Shown here piece by piece: positions 41,375 to 45,650 of a stretch of 45,650 nt of DNA; the first letter of the stretch is position 1, and each line of letters begins with the position of its first letter. Under the pieces are notes generated by a model. That model did no database searches. It was not told the DNA's origin and saw nothing but the letters and a program-made list of their open reading frames with translations. Origin of the DNA: Rhodocyclaceae bacterium (GTDB taxonomy: Bacteria; Pseudomonadota; Gammaproteobacteria; Burkholderiales; Rhodocyclaceae); contig JAUXNZ010000036.1 of NCBI GenBank assembly GCA_030682595.1, positions 1 through 45,650 on the forward strand. The letters are read 5' to 3'. A program made the translations under genes and the position numbers.

Positions 41375-42228
41375 TGTTTGACAAGCTGGTTAGCGTTGCG
41401 GAACTCGCCGCGCATACTGAAGACCCAAGCTGGCGCGTGTTCGACTGCCGGCACGATTTGCAGAATGTCGAATACGGCATTCAGGCTTACGCCAAGGGGC
41501 ATATTCCTGGTGCCTTGTTTCTGCATCTGGACCGTGACCTGTCGGGCGAAAAGACCGGCCGCAATGGTCGCCATCCGCTGCCCGAAATCGCCGCCTTTGC
41601 GGCACTGATGAGCGCCTGCGGTGTCGGTCCCGACACGCAGGTGGTGGCGTACGACAATGAAAGCGGGATCTTTGCGTCACGCCTGTGGTGGATGTTGCGC
41701 TGGCTGGGCCACGACAAGGTCGCCGTACTCGATGGCGGGCTGCCGGGCTGGCGGCGCGCCAAGCTGCCGCTGGAAATCGAGGTGCGGAATCCATCGCCGG
41801 CGCAGTTCGTGCCGCGGCCGCGCGATGAAATCGTCGCAACCGCCCAAGTGCTTGCCAAGCTGCATGCGCCGGATATGCTGATTCTCGATGCGCGCAGCGA
41901 GGAACGGTTTGCCGGCGAGAATGAAACGCTCGACCCGGTCGGTGGTCACATTCCCGGCGCCCTGAACCGATTTTATTTCGACAATCTGGACGATGCGGGC
42001 TGCTTCTTCAAACCGGCGGACGAGTTGCGCGCCGAGTTCCACGATTTGCTGGGCGATAGCGCCCCGCAAAACGTCGTCCAACAGTGCGGCTCGGGTGTTA
42101 CCGCCTGCCACAATCTGCTGGCGATGGAAGTTGCCGGTCTAGCGGGATCGAAGCTGTATGTGGGTTCGTGGAGCGAATGGTGCAGCGATCCGACGCGGCC
42201 TGTTGCTGTCGGCGATCAGCCGGGATGA
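41374..42228 (+). CDS. sseA: Double-domain rhodanese / 3-mercaptopyruvate sulfurtransferase (SseA-like)
   Basis: GHIPGA twice, GRHPLP, RLWWML, active-site CGSGVTA, YVGSWSEW. Confidence 0.9.
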   Translation: MFDKLVSVAELAAHTEDPSWRVFDCRHDLQNVEYGIQAYAKGHIPGALFLHLDRDLSGEKTGRNGRHPLPEIAAFAALMSACGVGPDTQVVAYDNESGIFASRLWWMLRWLGHDKVAVLDGGLPGWRRAKLPLEIEVRNPSPAQFVPRPRDEIVATAQVLAKLHAPDMLILDARSEERFAGENETLDPVGGHIPGALNRFYFDNLDDAGCFFKPADELRAEFHDLLGDSAPQNVVQQCGSGVTACHNLLAMEVAGLAGSKLYVGSWSEWCSDPTRPVAVGDQPG

Positions 42229-43298
42229 CGGGACAACGCCCAGGCAACGTGTTCCCGCACCAGGGCCGATGGGTGGTCGATGCGTGTGTGCAAGGCGGCC
42301 TTGGCTGCTGGCGCGGGTGAAGTGTTCCCCAGGGCGACGGCGATATTGCGCAACCAGCGCTCGTGACCGATGCGGCGGATCGGCGATCCGGCGAGCCGTG
42401 CGTTGAAGTCGTTTTCGCTCCAGCCAAACAGCTCGATCAATGTTGCGCTGTCGAGCTCGTGACGTGGCGCAAAGTCGGTTTCACGCGTCAGGGGTGCAAA
42501 GCGGTTCCACGGGCAGACGTTCTGGCAGTCGTCGCAGCCATAGATGCGATTGCCCAGCAGCGGCCGCAGCTCGATCGGAATGCTGCCCTTGAGTTCGATG
42601 GTCAGGTAAGAAATGCAGCGGCGTGCATCGAGGCGGTAGGGCGCGATAAAGGCGCCCGTCGGGCAGATGTCGAGGCAGTCGGTGCAGTGGCCGCAGTGGC
42701 CGCTCACCGGAGCATCCGCCGGCAGCGGCAGATCGACGCATATCTCGCCGAGAAAAAACCACGAACCAGCCTCGCGCGTCAGCAGCAGGGTGTGCTTGCC
42801 GCGCCAGCCCAGCCCGGCATTTTTTGCGAGTTCGACTTCCAGCACCGGCGCGGAATCGGTGAACACCCGATAGCTGAAAGGGCCGACCTCTGTGGCGATG
42901 CGGTCGGCCAGCTTTTGCAGCCGGGCGCGCAACAGCTTGTGATAGTCGCGGCCCAGTGCATAGCGGGAGATGACTGCCTGCTGTGGAAAGTCGGCGCTGG
43001 CGGGAGGTTTGGGCGCCCCGCTCGGGCAAAAGTCGGCGCTGGCGGGACGGCGCTCCGTCAAATAGTCCATCCGGCAGGTGATGACGCATTGCGTGCCGGG
43101 GACCAGTTCGGCAGGCCTGGCCCGCTTCATGCCGTGGCTGGCCATATAATCCATTTCGCCGTGGCAGCCCGCCGCCAGCCAGTCTCTCAGGCCCGCCTCG
43201 GCCGGACCGAGATTGATGCCGGCAAAGCCGACGGCGGCAAAGCCCAGGTCATTGCCCCAGCCGCGAATTTTCTCTTTCAGTCCTGTCCAGTCATGCAT
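42216..43298 (-). CDS. queG: Epoxyqueuosine reductase
   Basis: SRYALGRDYH, DSAPVLE, GKHTLL, CGHCTDCLDICP, CISYLTIE, GCDDCQNVCPWN; start ATG 43298 inferred. Confidence 0.95.
   Translation of the reverse strand: MHDWTGLKEKIRGWGNDLGFAAVGFAGINLGPAEAGLRDWLAAGCHGEMDYMASHGMKRARPAELVPGTQCVITCRMDYLTERRPASADFCPSGAPKPPASADFPQQAVISRYALGRDYHKLLRARLQKLADRIATEVGPFSYRVFTDSAPVLEVELAKNAGLGWRGKHTLLLTREAGSWFFLGEICVDLPLPADAPVSGHCGHCTDCLDICPTGAFIAPYRLDARRCISYLTIELKGSIPIELRPLLGNRIYGCDDCQNVCPWNRFAPLTRETDFAPRHELDSATLIELFGWSENDFNARLAGSPIRRIGHERWLRNIAVALGNTSPAPAAKAALHTRIDHPSALVREHVAWALSRHPG
42986..43010 (+). repeat. 25-bp dispersed motif (antisense in queG, 20/25)
   Basis: gaaagtcggcgctggcgggaggttt; encodes KPPASADF. 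Confidence 0.9.
43028..43052 (+). repeat. 25-bp dispersed motif, perfect copy (antisense in queG)
   Basis: aaaagtcggcgctggcgggacggcg; encodes RRPASADF. Confidence 0.95.
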
Positions 43299-43808
43299 CC
43301 TGCCGATGATACCTGCCGTGAATGGTCGTTGCCCGACGAGGCGGCCACGCTCGCTTTGGGCGCGGCGCTGGCTCAAGGCCTGCCGCGCGGCGCTGTCGTT
43401 CACCTCGAAGGCGACCTGGGTGCGGGAAAAACAACACTGGTGCGCGGACTGTTGCGAAAAGTCGGCTTTGGCGGGACGGCGAAAAGCCCCACTTACACAC
43501 TGGTTGAACCTTATGTAATTTCTGGATTAAACTTATATCACTTTGATTTTTATAGATTCAACACGCCGGAAGAATTCCTTGATGCGGGACTGGACGAATA
43601 CTTTGCCGAAGACGCCACCTGCCTGGTCGAATGGCCCGACCGGGCGGCGCCCTATCTGCCGGCCCCCGACCTGCGTATCGGGTTGGTGCATGACGGTGTT
43701 GGCCGGCGTGCGCGCATCGAATCCTGCAGCGAGCGGGGACAGCGATGGCTGAACCAACTGCCGGGTTCTCTCGCCGCGACATCCTCCGCTTTGCCACCGC
43801 CAGCCTGA
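43293..43808 (+). CDS. tsaE: t6A biosynthesis ATPase TsaE
   Basis: GDLGAGKTT, KSPTYTLVEPY, HFDFYR, VEWP; start ATG 43293 inferred. Confidence 0.95.
   Translation: MHPADDTCREWSLPDEAATLALGAALAQGLPRGAVVHLEGDLGAGKTTLVRGLLRKVGFGGTAKSPTYTLVEPYVISGLNLYHFDFYRFNTPEEFLDAGLDEYFAEDATCLVEWPDRAAPYLPAPDLRIGLVHDGVGRRARIESCSERGQRWLNQLPGSLAATSSALPPPA
43457..43481 (+). repeat. 25-bp dispersed motif (tsaE, 23/25, encodes KVGFGGTA)
   Basis: aaaagtcggctttggcgggacggcg. Confidence 0.9.
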
Positions 43809-45028
43809 CCCTGCTGGTCACGCCGCTTGCCGCAACGAATGCGTGGGGCAGGGCGGCACCGACCCTGCTGGCGGTGCGCGTCTGGCCGTCGAGTGATTAC
43901 ACCCGCGTCACCCTTGAGCATGATCAGCCGCTGAAGGTGTCGCACCTGCTGTTGAAAGATCCCGACCGGCTGGTCGTCGACATCGAAGGGGTCGAATTCA
44001 ACTCGGTGTTGCAAAGCCTGCCGGGCAAGGTTCTCGAAGCCGACCCGCAGATCCGCCTGATTCGCGCCGGTCGCTTCAAACCCGACGTGGTGCGTCTGGT
44101 CATCGAACTGAAGGGCGAGGTGAAACCACAGGTCTTCAGCTTGAAGCCGGTGGCCGAATACAGCCACCGGCTGGTACTTGACCTCTATCCCGCCGAGCCG
44201 CCCGATCCGCTGATGGCCCTCCTCGAAAAGCACAGCGACCCCGGGCTCTCATCTCCCCCAGCACGCCCCGGCCAGAAAACGCCCCGGCAAGCTGAACAGC
44301 CGGAAATCCAGCGGCTGGTGACCGTGGTGATCGATCCCGGCCATGGCGGTGAAGATCCCGGCGCGATCGGGCGCGGCGGCAGTTATGAAAAGAACGTGAC
44401 GTTGGCCATTTCCCGCCGTCTGAAAGCGAAAATTGACGCCGAACCGAACATGCGGGCCGTATTGACGCGCGATGGCGACTACTTCGTGCCACTCGGCCAG
44501 CGTGTCAGCAAGGCACGGCGGGTGCGTGCCGATCTTTTCATTTCGGTGCATGCCGATGCCTTCATCAAGCCGACCGCGCGCGGTTCCTCGGTGTTTGTCC
44601 TCTCGGAAAACGGTGCATCGAGCTCGGCGGCGCGCTGGCTGGCGAATCGGGAGAATGCGGCCGACCTGGTCGGCGGCGTTAACTACGGCGTCAAGGACCC
44701 GCACCTGGCGCGCACCCTGCTTGATCTGTCGCAAACCGCAACCCTGAACGACAGCCTCAAGCTTGCCAGGTCCGTGCTGGGCGAGATCGGCGGCATCAAT
44801 ACCCTGCACAAACCGCATGTCGAACAGGCCGGTTTTGCTGTGCTGAAAGCGCCGGATATTCCTTCGATCCTGGTCGAGACCGCCTTCATCTCCAATCCCG
44901 AGGAAGAGAAGCGTCTAATCGACGATGCCTATCAGGACAAGATGGCTGGCGCCCTGCTGGTCGGCATCCGGCGCTACTTCGCGCAGAATCCGCCGCTGGC
45001 GAGGTCAAAGATCGCCCGGCTCGACTGA
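43745..45028 (+). CDS. amiC: N-acetylmuramoyl-L-alanine amidase (AmiC-type, Tat-exported)
   Basis: SRRDIL twin-arginine signal, AMIN domain, IDPGHGGEDPGA, SVHADA, LVETAFISN. Confidence 0.93.
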   Translation: MAEPTAGFSRRDILRFATASLTLLVTPLAATNAWGRAAPTLLAVRVWPSSDYTRVTLEHDQPLKVSHLLLKDPDRLVVDIEGVEFNSVLQSLPGKVLEADPQIRLIRAGRFKPDVVRLVIELKGEVKPQVFSLKPVAEYSHRLVLDLYPAEPPDPLMALLEKHSDPGLSSPPARPGQKTPRQAEQPEIQRLVTVVIDPGHGGEDPGAIGRGGSYEKNVTLAISRRLKAKIDAEPNMRAVLTRDGDYFVPLGQRVSKARRVRADLFISVHADAFIKPTARGSSVFVLSENGASSSAARWLANRENAADLVGGVNYGVKDPHLARTLLDLSQTATLNDSLKLARSVLGEIGGINTLHKPHVEQAGFAVLKAPDIPSILVETAFISNPEEEKRLIDDAYQDKMAGALLVGIRRYFAQNPPLARSKIARLD

Positions 45029-45044
45029 TACAATTCGCCGCTTC

Positions 45045-45082
45045 CCTTTGGGAACCCATTCCACCTTTGGGAATCCATTTCC
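45045..45082 (+). repeat. 19-bp imperfect direct repeat upstream of ribF
   Basis: cctttgggaacccattcca / cctttgggaatccatttcc. Confidence 0.75.
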
Positions 45083-45097
45083 CCCACGGCAACAGCG

Positions 45098-45650
45098 ATG
45101 CGGCTTTATCGAACCATTCCCGCGCAGGCGTCCTCCTCCCGCGTGCTCGCCATCGGCAATTTCGACGGCTTGCACCTGGGGCACCGCGCGCTGCTCGAAC
45201 GCCTGACCGCCCACGCCCGGCGCCTGAATCTGCCGCCGGCGGTGATGACCTTCGAGCCGCATCCGCGCGAGTTGTTCACGCCCGAGCAGGCGCCGGCGCG
45301 GCTGACCAGTCTGCGCGAAAAGCTGGCGCTGCTGGATGCTTGCGGCATCGAAGAAGTTTTCCTGCTGCATTTCAGCCGCAAATTGGCGGGATTGTCGGCG
45401 CAGGAATTCATCGACCGCGTGCTGGTGCAAGGCCTGGCTGTGCGCCATCTCATCATCGGCGACGACTTCCGCTTCGGCAAGGGGCGCGCCGGTGACTTCA
45501 CCATGCTCGCCGCGGCGGGGCAACAACAGGGCTTTGGCGTCGAAGCCATGCATACCATCGAAATCAACGGCGAGCGCGTTTCCAGTTCCGCCGTGCGCGA
45601 TGCCCTCGGTGGCGGCGATCTCGAACATGCGGCGCGGCTCCTGGGACGTC
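45098..45650 (+). CDS. ribF: Bifunctional riboflavin kinase / FAD synthetase (3' end outside window; absent from ORF track)
   Basis: Translated by hand from ATG 45098: MRLYRTIP...AIGNFDGLHLGH, MTFEPHPRE, GDDFRFGKGR, RVSSSAVR. Confidence 0.95.
   Translation, partial: MRLYRTIPAQASSSRVLAIGNFDGLHLGHRALLERLTAHARRLNLPPAVMTFEPHPRELFTPEQAPARLTSLREKLALLDACGIEEVFLLHFSRKLAGLSAQEFIDRVLVQGLAVRHLIIGDDFRFGKGRAGDFTMLAAAGQQQGFGVEAMHTIEINGERVSSSAVRDALGGGDLEHAARLLGR

Noticed and set aside
42363-43292. Apparent 481-aa TsaE fusion
   Set aside because: The first 310 codons are the antisense of queG; TsaE homology starts near 43293.
45029-45097. FMN riboswitch upstream of ribF
   Set aside because: Spacer is only 69 bp and lacks RFN consensus segments.

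Overview
GC-rich betaproteobacterial chromosome segment; gene order and protein style suggest Rhodocyclales/Sterolibacteriaceae-like, possibly a sulfur oxidizer (inference). It is mostly core genes: a motility/chemotaxis operon (motB-cheR-cheB(no receiver domain)-MCP-cheV-cheV-cheY-cheZ-cheA), a small sulfur-trafficking module (tusA, dsrE2-like, FadL-type outer-membrane channel, exported protein), valS-holC-pepA, lptFG, an ECF sigma cluster, ilvIHC-psd-pssA-leuA, yihY, a PilZ/FimW-like gene, pyrF, rpsP-rimM-trmD-rplS, folE2-dxs-ispA-xseB, an sseA-like sulfurtransferase, queG, tsaE-amiC and the start of ribF. I saw no tRNA, rRNA, CRISPR array, transposase or prophage. The unexplained signal is in the DNA itself. 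(1) A non-palindromic 25-bp motif, AAAAGTCGGCGCTGGCGRGACGGCG, occurs 15 times (6 perfect) on both strands, mostly inside housekeeping genes in three different reading frames, and in several cases apparently written over conserved protein sequence without a length change, as DNA uptake sequences are. (2) A separate family of dispersed elements has a conserved 15-nt loop (TTGGGRCGGCCCGRC) closed by stems whose sequence changes but which still pair; copies lie in frame in the ValS N-terminus and supply the FolE2 C-terminus. All counts were made by eye.
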